DNA of 64,000 nucleotides, taken from an uncultured Bacilli bacterium. Its GTDB lineage: Bacteria > Bacillota_I > Bacilli_A > RF39 > UBA660. This document shows positions 40,201 to 50,250 of this stretch, piece by piece. The notes beneath the pieces were generated by a model. The model searched no databases. It was not told where the DNA came from and worked only from the letters and a program-made list of their open reading frames with translations. The stretch lies in contig CATNCE010000002.1 in the NCBI GenBank assembly GCA_950097225.1, forward strand, positions 76,105 through 140,104. Direction: 5' to 3'. Each line of letters opens with the position of its first letter. Position 1 is the first letter of the stretch. The position numbers and the translations under genes are program-made.

Positions 40201-41952
40201 CTATACACCCTCATTATTAATTAGTTGTTTAATCTTTCCACAAGAGCGTTTGCCCTCATTACAGATATGCTTTGTCTCACAAGTCGGACCTAAGATGCTC
40301 GCATAAGCTTCCGTTCCTGGGATATTTTTTACAAGGTTGTGGATGTTATGGGCCATGGCTCTGGTCTCCCATTGTGAACAAGCACACTCACGAGCTTCAA
40401 GAATATGACGGAGAGTTTTTCCATCAAGAGTGGTAACAATATTACACATATTTCCAGATAGAGTAAAATAAACTAAATCACTATCGCATACTCCGTACTC
40501 ATTTTTGAAAGTATCATACATTTTTTTATTATCAGCATAGATGCTATCGTATATTTCGGATAATTTAGCACTTTTTTCGATAGCAGGAGGTGTTTTATAT
40601 TTAAGTAAGTCACCAACTGGATAAAACATTGGAACGGCAATCGGATGTGTACGATGACGAGTAAGATGCGTTAATACGGCGTAAGAAAGCGCTATTTGGA
40701 ATGTAAAGCTAACTTGAGCAAGCTCGGTCCCATCGTCTAAAAAGGCAAGTGTCTTCATCAATTTATATTTGAAGTCTGGATCTTCTTGTTTTATTTTTTC
40801 ATATAAAGCTATAGCATCTTCTTTAGGAAACTCATAGGTGCGCATAATAGCTGTAATTATAATAGTATCGTCAATGTTTTTAGAATGATCTATTAATTTG
40901 GGCTCATCAATAATTTCATACTCTTTATTTTGGACAAATGGATCTAACATTTCACGAACCGAATTCTTTTCATTTGCTTTTACAGCATCAATTTCGTCGA
41001 TGATATATGGCGTATGAACCTTAGCTATCTCGTATAATTTTTCTCCTAAAGCTTTTAATTCAGCAATTTTGGCATATTTAGTCTTAGTTAATTTAATGAT
41101 AAGATCTTTTAAAGTATGAGCATCAATTCCCATAAAAAAGTTAGAATAAAAACAATATGGAGCAACAAATCTGGCATCCTCAGGAAGAATATTACTCTCT
41201 TGCAAGTATAAACATTTTGAGAATAATTCTTGCATGTGTTTTATATATTCACTCTGTAGTTTAGCATTTTCTGGATGGGTGTTGCCCGCTTTGTCGCGGA
41301 AAGTTGGAACATAAAAGCCGGAGTTTGATACATCAACTTCACGACGTGATTTTACAGTGAATGAGGCAAAACGCTCTTCTATTAAGGTTTGTTCAACTAT
41401 AGCAGATACCTCATTCATCGCAAAAACTAAGTAGTCATGATCAGAAACAGAGTCATGCTTGAAACTAAGAATATTTTTAGCCGTCTTGAGATTTTTAGCA
41501 AAGCTTCTCGCATTAAATTTTTCAATAATATCAAATACTGTTCCTGGATGTCTTGATAGGCAACCAGCAGATGCTACTAAATTAGTGCGTTTTTCTCTTT
41601 CTAGCCTCTTAATGGTTTCAATAACATCACCTTCTAGGTCTTTAAGGTAGGCATTTTGATCATGCAAACCATTTATTAAGATATCAATTTGACTCGCTAT
41701 ATCGGCATCGTGATTTTCTAAAAGGATCTTTATTTGGGCAAGACAGCTAAGTGCATATTCCCCATACTCCGATTCGTCTTCTTTTAGGGACTCCTCTAAC
41801 TCGTTAATTTTGTTTATAATAACAGCATTATCAATCGTTTTTGATAGTAACGCGATTATGTTGTTATTGTTATTTATTATAGTTTCAACCCTTTTATTCA
41901 TGTAAGATGCTAATTCATTATAATTAATAGCACCAACTAATTCTATTCTCAT
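40201..41952 (-). CDS. Long ThyX-like (flavin-dependent thymidylate synthase fold) protein
   Basis: C-terminal region TRHRTHP... and LRHILEARECACSQWETRAMAHNI align with the ThyX motifs RHR... and LRxDSHAQWEIRxYA. It is 583 aa, more than twice the length of a canonical ThyX. The RHRxxSxxxxSxR serine motif is not evident. Confidence 0.5.
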   Translation of the reverse strand: MRIELVGAINYNELASYMNKRVETIINNNNNIIALLSKTIDNAVIINKINELEESLKEDESEYGEYALSCLAQIKILLENHDADIASQIDILINGLHDQNAYLKDLEGDVIETIKRLEREKRTNLVASAGCLSRHPGTVFDIIEKFNARSFAKNLKTAKNILSFKHDSVSDHDYLVFAMNEVSAIVEQTLIEERFASFTVKSRREVDVSNSGFYVPTFRDKAGNTHPENAKLQSEYIKHMQELFSKCLYLQESNILPEDARFVAPYCFYSNFFMGIDAHTLKDLIIKLTKTKYAKIAELKALGEKLYEIAKVHTPYIIDEIDAVKANEKNSVREMLDPFVQNKEYEIIDEPKLIDHSKNIDDTIIITAIMRTYEFPKEDAIALYEKIKQEDPDFKYKLMKTLAFLDDGTELAQVSFTFQIALSYAVLTHLTRHRTHPIAVPMFYPVGDLLKYKTPPAIEKSAKLSEIYDSIYADNKKMYDTFKNEYGVCDSDLVYFTLSGNMCNIVTTLDGKTLRHILEARECACSQWETRAMAHNIHNLVKNIPGTEAYASILGPTCETKHICNEGKRSCGKIKQLINNEGV

Positions 41953-42111
41953 ATTTATTACCTCTTAAATTGCATTATACATTGTTAATCTATATTAAGC
42001 AAGATATTTGTGTATAATTGACGCATATATTATTTTTTCTTCACTTCCTACTATTTATATACACCCTATTTAGGCAATTTACTCTAAAATAAAAAAGCCA
42101 CCTTAGTGACT

Positions 42112-42915
42112 TTATAAGCATCCCTTTAGCAAGTTATTTAAATTACGGCGATAAAACTCTAATATATTAGCCTTTTTTACATCTTTTTCTACAGTTAAAT
42201 TGTATTCGCTTATCTTAGTGTCGTTAGCATATATTTGAACTTTTCCAACAATGTCCCCTACTTTTACAGGAGCAGTTACTTCTTCTTTAATAATTTCATA
42301 AGAGTAATTGTATTCATCGAGGACATTAACTAAATCAACGGCATCCTCTTGCAATTTTAATTTGACTTGAGGAATGCTACCAAAAGAAACGTTTGTATAA
42401 CCAAGATCGGCATTTTTGTCTAAAATAGTTTCTAATTTAAAATTAGCAAATCCATAGTTAAGCATAGTAATGATATCTTGATTACGTATTTTGTTATCTG
42501 CTTCTCCCATTACAACTGCTATTAGGCGCATATTGCCACGTTTAGCAGTTACAGTTATACAATATCCTGAATTACTAGTATATCCCGTTTTTAAGCCATC
42601 TACTCCATCATAATAATTGATTAACTTATTAGTATTGACGATCCAAGTCTTATTGCCATTAGGATGCTCAACATAATCTTCATATATTGATGAATACTTT
42701 AATATCTGCTCATGTTTAATTAATTCAAGTCCAATCATTGCCATATCATAGGCTGAAGAATAATGGCCTTCTTCATCGAGTCCATGAACATTTTTAAATG
42801 CCGTATGCTTTAACCCTAACTCAGAAACTTTTTCATTCATGAGACGCACAAATTCAGTTGTTGAACCAGCTATGTGTTCAGCTAGGGCAACAGCAGCATC
42901 CCTCGCTGTTACCAA
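42112..42915 (-). CDS. C-terminal fragment of an interrupted D-alanyl-D-alanine carboxypeptidase (PBP5-type, S11) gene
   Basis: (TTG)VTARDAAVALAEHIAGS...KTGYTSNSGYCIT... contains the KTG motif and the PBP5 C-terminal domain. It lacks the N-terminal SxxK part, which is found at 52329..52724. Confidence 0.8.
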   Translation of the reverse strand: MVTARDAAVALAEHIAGSTTEFVRLMNEKVSELGLKHTAFKNVHGLDEEGHYSSAYDMAMIGLELIKHEQILKYSSIYEDYVEHPNGNKTWIVNTNKLINYYDGVDGLKTGYTSNSGYCITVTAKRGNMRLIAVVMGEADNKIRNQDIITMLNYGFANFKLETILDKNADLGYTNVSFGSIPQVKLKLQEDAVDLVNVLDEYNYSYEIIKEEVTAPVKVGDIVGKVQIYANDTKISEYNLTVEKDVKKANILEFYRRNLNNLLKGCL

Positions 42916-44566
42916 AAAGCAGTAAAAAATCGTTTAAATTTAAGCTACTATTTTCGTAGCTTTTTTTTGAATCTATAATATTTAATTTAAAATGTAACAT
43001 AACTTTTTGAGTTTCACTATCCTCATCTTCTATTCTTTCTACAAATATATTATCTATTATTGAAGATACAATGCTAAATATTGATTCATCATCAGACATA
43101 ATTATATTCTTAATTTTATTTTCAAAATCATTTATGTTGGAGTCACAATCTATTTCTTCATTTTTTTCAAGATAGTATTCTTTCTTTTTATTTAAGTTTT
43201 CTATTTCAATATTGTACTTCTCTTTTGCATTGGTATATTCTTCCCCATCAAGTTCTTTTCTAGCTCTCATATTTATTAGTTCAGCTCTTGCTTCCTTTAT
43301 TTCTGCAATTTTCAAATCGAGTTCTTGAAGTTGCTTAGAATAATCAGTTTTTGTGTTATATTCATTAATTAGACTATAAATTTCACTTATTAATTCTTGT
43401 TGATTTTTCATAATGAAACTTAACATTTTTTTAAATATATCTAATAATTCTTCGTAATGAATTATTGGAGTACTACAACCATTTTTTTTATGTCGACCAT
43501 ACTTCCTATAATTTGAACATCCCCAAAAATTACTTTTTATTCCTGTTTTCTTATTTTTGTAGCATCCTTTAACAAATGTAGCCCCATCATGAAAACATTT
43601 AATTTTTCCTGATAAGGCATATTTGCTATTTGTTGGTGTCTTAGTTTCGTAATTTTTTGAATTTTTACGTAATATTTTGTTACATTTTTCCCATAATTCC
43701 TCTGAGACAATCGGTGGGCATTTCTCATGGTCTTTAAATGTTACCCATTCTTTTTCATTGAATCTAACCCTTTTTTTGCTATGGTAATCAATTACACTTT
43801 CTTTATGTCCGCAATAAAAACCTTTGTATTTTGGGTTTCTAATGATCCTAGCTATAGCAGTACTCGATAATGGTTTATTAGTTTTACTAACTATGTTGTA
43901 CTCATCATATAGATGATGTCCAAGTTTGCCTGTTCCCATTTGCCCCTTAGAGTATTCATTGAAAATAAGTCTTACCATTTCAGCTTCGTCTTCTACAATA
44001 ACTAATTTTCCTTTATCTTTTTTGTATCCATAGATATTGTTATTTCCAATTACAACACCTTTTTCAACACTTCTTTTTAATCCAAATCTTACTCTTTCTG
44101 ATAATTTCCTGATTTCATCTTGAGCAACACTAGCCATAATTGTTAATCTTAATTCTGAATCTGGATCAAAGGTGTTAATATTGTCATTTAGAAAATAAAT
44201 TCCAACATTATATGACAGTAGTTCCTGACTATATTGTATACTATCAACAGTATTTCTTGAAAAACGAGATATCTCTTTAGTTAGAATAAGATCAAACTTT
44301 CCTTTTTTTGCATCTTCAATCATTCTCAAAAAATTATCTCTCTTATTAACACTAGTACCACTAATACCTTCATCAACATAGCCAGGGACATAAATCCAGT
44401 TCTCTTCCGATTTAATATAATTTTCAAAAAACATTTTTTGATTTTCTAAAGAATTTAATTGAGCATCTTGATCTGTCGAAACTCTTCCATAGTATGTTAC
44501 TCGTAATGGTAAACTATTTAGTCTTTTTCCTTGTGATAATGCATTTCTGATAGCATACAAATTCAT
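42878..44566 (-). CDS. Large serine recombinase (resolvase-domain integrase)
   Basis: Catalytic YYGRVSTDQD, recombinase domain, a Cys-rich zinc ribbon (CFHDGATFVKGC...WGCSNYRKYGRHKKNGC) and a C-terminal coiled coil. The last roughly 12 codons read across the att junction into dac-derived DNA. Confidence 0.9.
   Translation of the reverse strand: MNLYAIRNALSQGKRLNSLPLRVTYYGRVSTDQDAQLNSLENQKMFFENYIKSEENWIYVPGYVDEGISGTSVNKRDNFLRMIEDAKKGKFDLILTKEISRFSRNTVDSIQYSQELLSYNVGIYFLNDNINTFDPDSELRLTIMASVAQDEIRKLSERVRFGLKRSVEKGVVIGNNNIYGYKKDKGKLVIVEDEAEMVRLIFNEYSKGQMGTGKLGHHLYDEYNIVSKTNKPLSSTAIARIIRNPKYKGFYCGHKESVIDYHSKKRVRFNEKEWVTFKDHEKCPPIVSEELWEKCNKILRKNSKNYETKTPTNSKYALSGKIKCFHDGATFVKGCYKNKKTGIKSNFWGCSNYRKYGRHKKNGCSTPIIHYEELLDIFKKMLSFIMKNQQELISEIYSLINEYNTKTDYSKQLQELDLKIAEIKEARAELINMRARKELDGEEYTNAKEKYNIEIENLNKKKEYYLEKNEEIDCDSNINDFENKIKNIIMSDDESIFSIVSSIIDNIFVERIEDEDSETQKVMLHFKLNIIDSKKSYENSSLNLNDFLLLFGNSEGCCCCPS
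42897..42932. other. Recombinase-proximal att junction (attL-like)
   Basis: Minus strand cgaTTTTTTACTGCTTTTTG-GTAACAG-CGAGGGATGC. The same GTAACAG core occurs at the other junction. Confidence 0.6.
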
Positions 44567-44579
44567 ATTCTGATACCTC

Positions 44580-44789
44580 CTATCCTCCTATTGGTATTTC
44601 AATTATTAACTGTTCTAAATCCTCTATTGATTCTTCGTTTTTACTTATTTTTTTTATTTCTTCGTCTAATTTTTTTATAATATTGTTATATACGGCAAAT
44701 TCGATTACTTCTTTTTTATAAAGTTCATTAACTATAGCTTTTTGCAAAACCTTTTTTGCAATGTCAATAGTATAACCATCCTTTACCAT
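44580..44789 (-). CDS. Small protein co-transcribed with the recombinase (candidate recombination directionality factor)
   Basis: 69 aa starting at MVKDGYT with a CAGGAGGAG RBS. The stop lies 11 nt upstream of the recombinase ATG. Confidence 0.35.
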   Translation of the reverse strand: MVKDGYTIDIAKKVLQKAIVNELYKKEVIEFAVYNNIIKKLDEEIKKISKNEESIEDLEQLIIEIPIGG

Positions 44790-44898
44790 TAAGCTCCTCC
44801 TGTTTAAATTTATTAACAAATTTAAAAAAAAGAACTCTAATATTGAGTTACAAATTATTCAAAAACTCAATATTATTGATAAAAGACAGTTATTCTAT

Positions 44899-44936
44899 GC
44901 ATTGCTATATAATATTAAGTTTTCAAATAGCAATGC
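44899..44936. promoter_or_regulatory. Perfect 10-bp inverted repeat GCATTGCTAT-N18-ATAGCAATGC upstream of the small-ORF/recombinase operon (candidate operator)
   Basis: Read directly from the sequence. The spacer contains TATATAAT. Confidence 0.4.
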
Positions 44937-44947
44937 TTTTTAATTGA

Positions 44948-45520
44948 TTAAAAAAGACTTTTCTTAAATTGCTTTATTCTATAAGCTAAATCAAATCCCG
45001 TATAATTAAAATTCAACTTTTGGTTAGAAATATTTTCTTTAAAGTATGTATTATTATCATACCTAATAAATATTTCTCCAAGAATATCTAACTTTTCATT
45101 AAAAGATAAATTTTCAAATTCTGATATTATTTTTTTTATAGTTTCTTTATACTCAATTCCATAGATATTCCCATTTTCCTCATAAATCTTTTCTTCTTTA
45201 TTTATAGAATTATAAATTGTCATATTAGATTGTAAAAAAATAAGTTCAAATCCATCTGTTATATTTATTGATTGCATATTAAATATATTAACTTCATCAT
45301 CTTCTACTAACATTGGATTAGTTAAGTTTTTGCTATTAATCTGATTGTTAATCAAGCACTCAGATATATACAATAAAAATTGCATTTTTTCTTTATCACT
45401 TTTTTCTTCTAAATTCTCTATTAATTGTTTTTCTTTTTCCGTTGTTTCTGTAATATACATATATTTTCCTCCATTCATATTAATTGTATAGTCCAATATG
45501 TTTTTAGCCGTTTTAAGCAC
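44948..45520 (-). CDS. Hypothetical protein (element cargo)
   Basis: 190 aa with no motif. Confidence 0.4.
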   Translation of the reverse strand: MLKTAKNILDYTINMNGGKYMYITETTEKEKQLIENLEEKSDKEKMQFLLYISECLINNQINSKNLTNPMLVEDDEVNIFNMQSINITDGFELIFLQSNMTIYNSINKEEKIYEENGNIYGIEYKETIKKIISEFENLSFNEKLDILGEIFIRYDNNTYFKENISNQKLNFNYTGFDLAYRIKQFKKSLF

Positions 45521-45812
45521 TTTTTCTTGTTTTGACTTACATCTATCTTTGCTCGATCATTACTCCGTACAAAACAAGTGAAAAATATTAATTAATCCAA
45601 ATTCCACCCAAATCATTTATCACTTAAAAAAAAATATTTTTGCAACAGTTTTTTTTCAAAAAAATATTTTTCATCTTTCCATAGCATTTTCATCTGTTTT
45701 ATTTTTATAATTTATTTCAAAATCAAAGTCATCTTCTATGTCATTGTTTTCCATTTCTAGATTTTTTTGTTTAATATCTTTATTATAATCAATTATATTT
45801 TCAGACTTTGAA

Positions 45813-47222
45813 CTATTCTACCCCGTGTGTTCCTAATCTCAAACTAATCGCTTCAGCAGTTTCTTGAGTGTTTGTTTTTAAGTAAGCAAGACCACAGTTA
45901 TCTTGTATGATTTGACTTACTTCTTTTCCATAAAGATTATCTAATTGAGCAAATGATTGTAAAAAGAATTGAAATTGCATACCACGACTTCGTGCTACTG
46001 ACACAATAGTTTCAATATCGGAAAGTGGTGGTGTATTCGCGAATTCATCTAATAAAAAAACAAGATCATATGGTAGTCTCTTGTTTGGTTGTTCGTTACA
46101 TAGTAAAACTAAGGTTTTATATATTAAAGAAACAATTATTGATACTAAAGCATAATAAATTTTTGATTCATCAGGAATACAACAATATAGCACAGTTGTT
46201 TGTTTTCCTAATATATTAAAATCAAAATCAGAATTTGATGTGATATTTTCAACATTAATGTCATCAAACAAAGTCATTCGTTCATTAAATATTGATGTTA
46301 TACTTTTATATGTATTTTCACTTGTAGATATAATAGGAATCAATTTATCTTTACTTTTTAAACCATAAGGTTTAGATTCAACATATTTTCTTAGTTTTTT
46401 TAAATTTGTCTCAGTCATAGAACTATTTTGAAATTTTTTTTATTGATGATAAAGTAATTTGTTCTCTTTTTATTTTACCATCAGCATAATCTTCTAAGAA
46501 TAATGCAATAATCCCATATAATAAATCACTTGCACTATTATTCCAAAACGCTTCTTTAGCAGTTTTATCTTCCATAATCATAGTAGATAATGAACTTATT
46601 AATTGATTACATTCGGCCAAATGTTCAATAGACTTATTTAGATAATTCATTTTTTTAATCCCATCAGTTTCTTCTATACTTAATTTATCGTTTTCAGTAA
46701 ATAACTCATATTCTCTTATTATTGGTTCTAAAATATTTAAATGATTTGATAAACTAGGATTTCTAAAATCTAGCGTTAAAATAGTATAGCCATTATCTTT
46801 AAACATTTGACTTGTTGTAGAAAATATTTCTCCTTTTGGATCAGTTATAAAGACACTTTTTTTAATTTGAGCATTAGCTATAAAACTGCATTGAGGAATA
46901 ACTGCTGTTACTGATTTACCAGAGCCAGTTGAACCTAAGTAAATCCAATGAGGTGTTTCAATATCAAACCATACTTTTTTCTTATCTCTAGAAAAATAAA
47001 CTGGAAATCCACTTTTTTTTAATTATCTATTTTCTCTTTATGAAAAGTATCATTTATTTCATTTTTAGTAGCCCATCGTGCAGAACCATGCTCATTATTA
47101 TTTTTAATCTTTTGTCTTGATATAATAGGTTCAAGTAAGTATAAAAATGCAATAATTATAATTATGACAATTATAATTACTATATAAGCAGCATCCATCA
47201 CACTATCTTTCCATATCGTCAC
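45813..47222 (-). pseudogene. Fragmented type IV coupling protein (VirD4/TraG/TcpA-like) in at least 3 frames
   Basis: 47019..47222 carries the TM segment and GSARWA motif. 46423..47001 carries the Walker A LGSTGSGKS. 45813..46418 carries the C-terminal LLDEFAN...SRGMQFQFFLQSFAQL. Stops and frameshifts separate the pieces. Confidence 0.6.
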
Positions 47223-47386
47223 ATTTTTTGTAGTATTCTAAAAACTCTTCTACACCTTTAGGATCATACTCTTTTAAAACTTCTAAATTAATTTCTGCTC
47301 TATTATAATGTCCCATATTATATTGAACTGGAGTTCCGATTTCTTCAACAATCTTTTTTCTTTTAACAAAGAAATAAAATCGTTAG

Positions 47387-47813
47387 CTAAATCATCAGAT
47401 AAAAACACTTCATTTTTGTCGTCAATACTAACTTCTGGTAGATTATTGTAATGTCTCCATATAATTCTTCATACTCATTACCAATTCCTACGTAAAGTCT
47501 ATCATTATTGTTGTATCTAGCAACTACTAAATACAACTCTTCATCATCTTTAACGAATAACTTTTTCATTATTTTTAACCTCACTATCTATTATGCTTTC
47601 AAAAAACGTATTTTCATTTTTTAAAACATCTAATAACAATCTATTGCAATCTTTTTCAATAGTATTCTTTGTGTTTTTTATTTTTGTTTCTAATTTACTA
47701 ATTTCTTTTTCATTATTTTTAACTTTATTTTTTATATTTAAAATTATTTCGTTATACTTGCTTATAGTATTTTGCATATTTGCAAATTCTAAATTTAATT
47801 TTGAAAAGTCCAT
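47387..47813 (-). CDS. Two small overlapping hypothetical ORFs (coiled-coil protein 47550..47813 and 47387..47584)
   Basis: ORF track only. Lys/Glu-rich coiled coil. Confidence 0.3.
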
Positions 47814-47967
47814 ATTTTCTCACCCTTTTATTTACCTTTCTATATCATTTTCAATATTTTTGTTTAGATTTTTAATAAATTTATCATATATGCTACCTGG
47901 ATAATTACCAACTTCCATCTCATAAATACAATTGACTAAAGATTCTAAATCTTTATTTGGAAATACT

Positions 47968-48195
47968 TCATCTAATATTTTTTTTATTATTAACAAAACT
48001 ACTAACATCAATTACTACTCTATCTTTTAGATCATCAATTACTTCAACGTTTTCAACAAAGTATTTATGAAAAAAATCATAATTATTTGTAATGTCTACT
48101 TTAGTTAAATCCATTCCAACTCCAAAATCATAAACATTATCAATTAAATCTACACATCGAAAATTATTATCATCAATTAGTTCTACTAATTTCAT
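47968..48195 (-). CDS. Small hypothetical protein, preceded by a translationally coupled ~53-aa unannotated ORF (48196..~48360)
   Basis: A TAATG stop/start overlap is present at the junction. Confidence 0.3.
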   Translation of the reverse strand: MKLVELIDDNNFRCVDLIDNVYDFGVGMDLTKVDITNNYDFFHKYFVENVEVIDDLKDRVVIDVSSFVNNKKNIR

Positions 48196-48643
48196 TAACG
48201 ATCAATCTCCATTTCTTTTTGTTTTTTTGAAAATACTATATAATCATTCATGTAATTTTTAAAATTATATATATAATCTTCATAACTTTTGCACTCGTCG
48301 TATTCTTTAACAAAGTTATTATCACCAGTTATTTCTAATTTTTCTTCTTTATTAATAATACCTCTCCTCTCTATTATTTATAATCTTATTAACTCTTATA
48401 AAAATTGAAGTTTGTTTTTATAATACATTTTGCTTTATCTAATACTTTTTTTATTTTGTTTATTTAACAGACATATAAAAAGACCAGATTAAATAATCTG
48501 ATCTAATTGATAAATTGTATTTTATTTAACATCGTTATAAATTTAAAAACTAAATATTTCTATAATAATTCCAAAACATGGTTCGTTGCCTAAAATATCA
48601 TCTAACTTTAAAGTCATTCTAAATAATCCTTATAAAAATATTT

Positions 48644-49465
48644 TTAATATGATAAGGTTTCTAATATTTCTTCAACTCTAAAGTGAGTACTATCAGAATC
48701 CCAATTACCAAAGAACGATAAGTCAAAGAAGTACGAAATATTATCATAATCAAATTTTACTATACAATGTTTACTATGATTAGTAAAAATAAGTAAAGCA
48801 GATGTTTTCAAATTTTTAATATAATATTCTTCAGTTTGACTATCTCCTCCTGTAAAAAATGAATACGAATAATTCTCCTTGATATCTTCTGTAGCAAATT
48901 TAGTTTTAAAACTAAATGACATATTGAAAAATTCTATTTTCCAATCATCAGGCAGATTGGTTTGAGAATTTAAGTTACTGTTGGTAAAGTTCTCTATACC
49001 AAATGAAGCAGCAGCAATTTTATTATTAACTTTTTTAGTTGTTCTTTGATGAAGCAAATTATTACCAAAATAGCTACTTTTTAACAACTTAATTTTTAGC
49101 AAACCTTCCAAATCTTCATAGCTATAATAATTGTTATATTTACCATTCTTATCTAATGATTCTCGTTCAGCTTCAGGAATATTTGCATCATAATCTATTT
49201 CAGCAATAGCATCAGAGTACATATCTAATGCTCCCTTTTTATCATTCATCTTGAATCTAAAAGTATTGAATGTACTTACTATTTCCTCAGCATAAACTAT
49301 GCCAATCATACAAATCATAATTGCAAAACAACTTATTATTATTGGTTTTAAAATAAATGACTTCTTTTTAGAATCTAATATTTCTGTCATAATCTCGTTG
49401 CTTCTTGAATCGGATATTTTTATCTTATTAAAAACTTCTTTTGTTTTTTTGTTTAATTTATTCAT
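48644..49465 (-). CDS. Putative anti-sigma factor (single-pass membrane protein)
   Basis: 4-bp overlap with the ECF sigma gene. Short cytoplasmic N-terminus, one TM helix (ILKPIIISCFAIMICMIGIVYA), then an extracytoplasmic domain. Confidence 0.45.
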   Translation of the reverse strand: MNKLNKKTKEVFNKIKISDSRSNEIMTEILDSKKKSFILKPIIISCFAIMICMIGIVYAEEIVSTFNTFRFKMNDKKGALDMYSDAIAEIDYDANIPEAERESLDKNGKYNNYYSYEDLEGLLKIKLLKSSYFGNNLLHQRTTKKVNNKIAAASFGIENFTNSNLNSQTNLPDDWKIEFFNMSFSFKTKFATEDIKENYSYSFFTGGDSQTEEYYIKNLKTSALLIFTNHSKHCIVKFDYDNISYFFDLSFFGNWDSDSTHFRVEEILETLSY

Positions 49466-49467
49466 AT

Positions 49468-49941
49468 TTATATTATCTCCATTTCTTTTTTTATTTTATC
49501 TTTTACTCTAGTAAGCCGCGATTTGACAGCACTTTCTGATAATTTCATAATTTTAGCAATTTCTTTTGCATTGTATCCTTCATAATAATGTAAATAAAAA
49601 GGTATTCGATATTTTTTATCTATTTTAGATAATGCTTGTATCAAATCTTCTTTTTCTAAATTTTGCTTATTTGAAATAATAACATCAAAATTTTCACAAT
49701 TTGTCTTTTTCTTCTTCCAAAAAGATTTTAATAAATCTTTTGACTGATTACTTGCAACTTTAAATAGCCACTTTTTTGTGTATTCCTCATCTTGTTTTAG
49801 TTTATTTATGTTTTTGTATAATTTTATAAATGTTTGTTGCATAATATCCTCTGCATCTTGAAAATTAAGTGTATAACCATAAGCAAGTCTATAAACATCA
49901 TTGTGATATTTTTTAAATAATTCTATAAATAAATCATCCAT
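49468..49941 (-). CDS. ECF-type sigma-70 family RNA polymerase sigma factor
   Basis: Region 2 (VYRLAYGYTLNFQDAEDIMQQTFIKL) and region 4 (YEGYNAKEIAKIMKLSESAVKSRLTRVKDKI). Confidence 0.8.
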   Translation of the reverse strand: MDDLFIELFKKYHNDVYRLAYGYTLNFQDAEDIMQQTFIKLYKNINKLKQDEEYTKKWLFKVASNQSKDLLKSFWKKKKTNCENFDVIISNKQNLEKEDLIQALSKIDKKYRIPFYLHYYEGYNAKEIAKIMKLSESAVKSRLTRVKDKIKKEMEII

Positions 49942-50250
49942 AATTCATCCCCTCTAAAAGAATGTAAAAAATAGATTGTGTTGGTATATTTTTTACTTCA
50001 TTTTTTTAACTTCTATCTGTTTCTACTATAATAACGATTCAAATAAATAAAAAGATGCAAAAAAGGATGTAAATTCATCCTTTTTTATTTATCCTTGAAA
50101 ATGTACACCTTGCATATTATCGTAGTATGAAGCATAAGTACTATTATCAAATTTAACAACTCCGCAATTGATAATTTACTCTTCCACAATTAAATCATTA
50201 TGATTATAAAAGAGTTCATTTCCTTCGTAATAACTAAGTAATTAAATTTT

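Noticed and set aside
45530-45812. Possible CRISPR or repeat array in the A/T-rich spacer with repeated AAAAAAATATTTTT motifs
   Set aside because: Only two imperfect short direct repeats are present, with no regular repeat-spacer periodicity. This is simple low-complexity intergenic DNA.
46998-47020. A8 tract as a reversible phase-variation switch restoring the T4CP
   Set aside because: Stops are present in both frames next to the tract, so a 1-nt slippage cannot fuse the frames. Treated as decay, and reported only as a read-check site.
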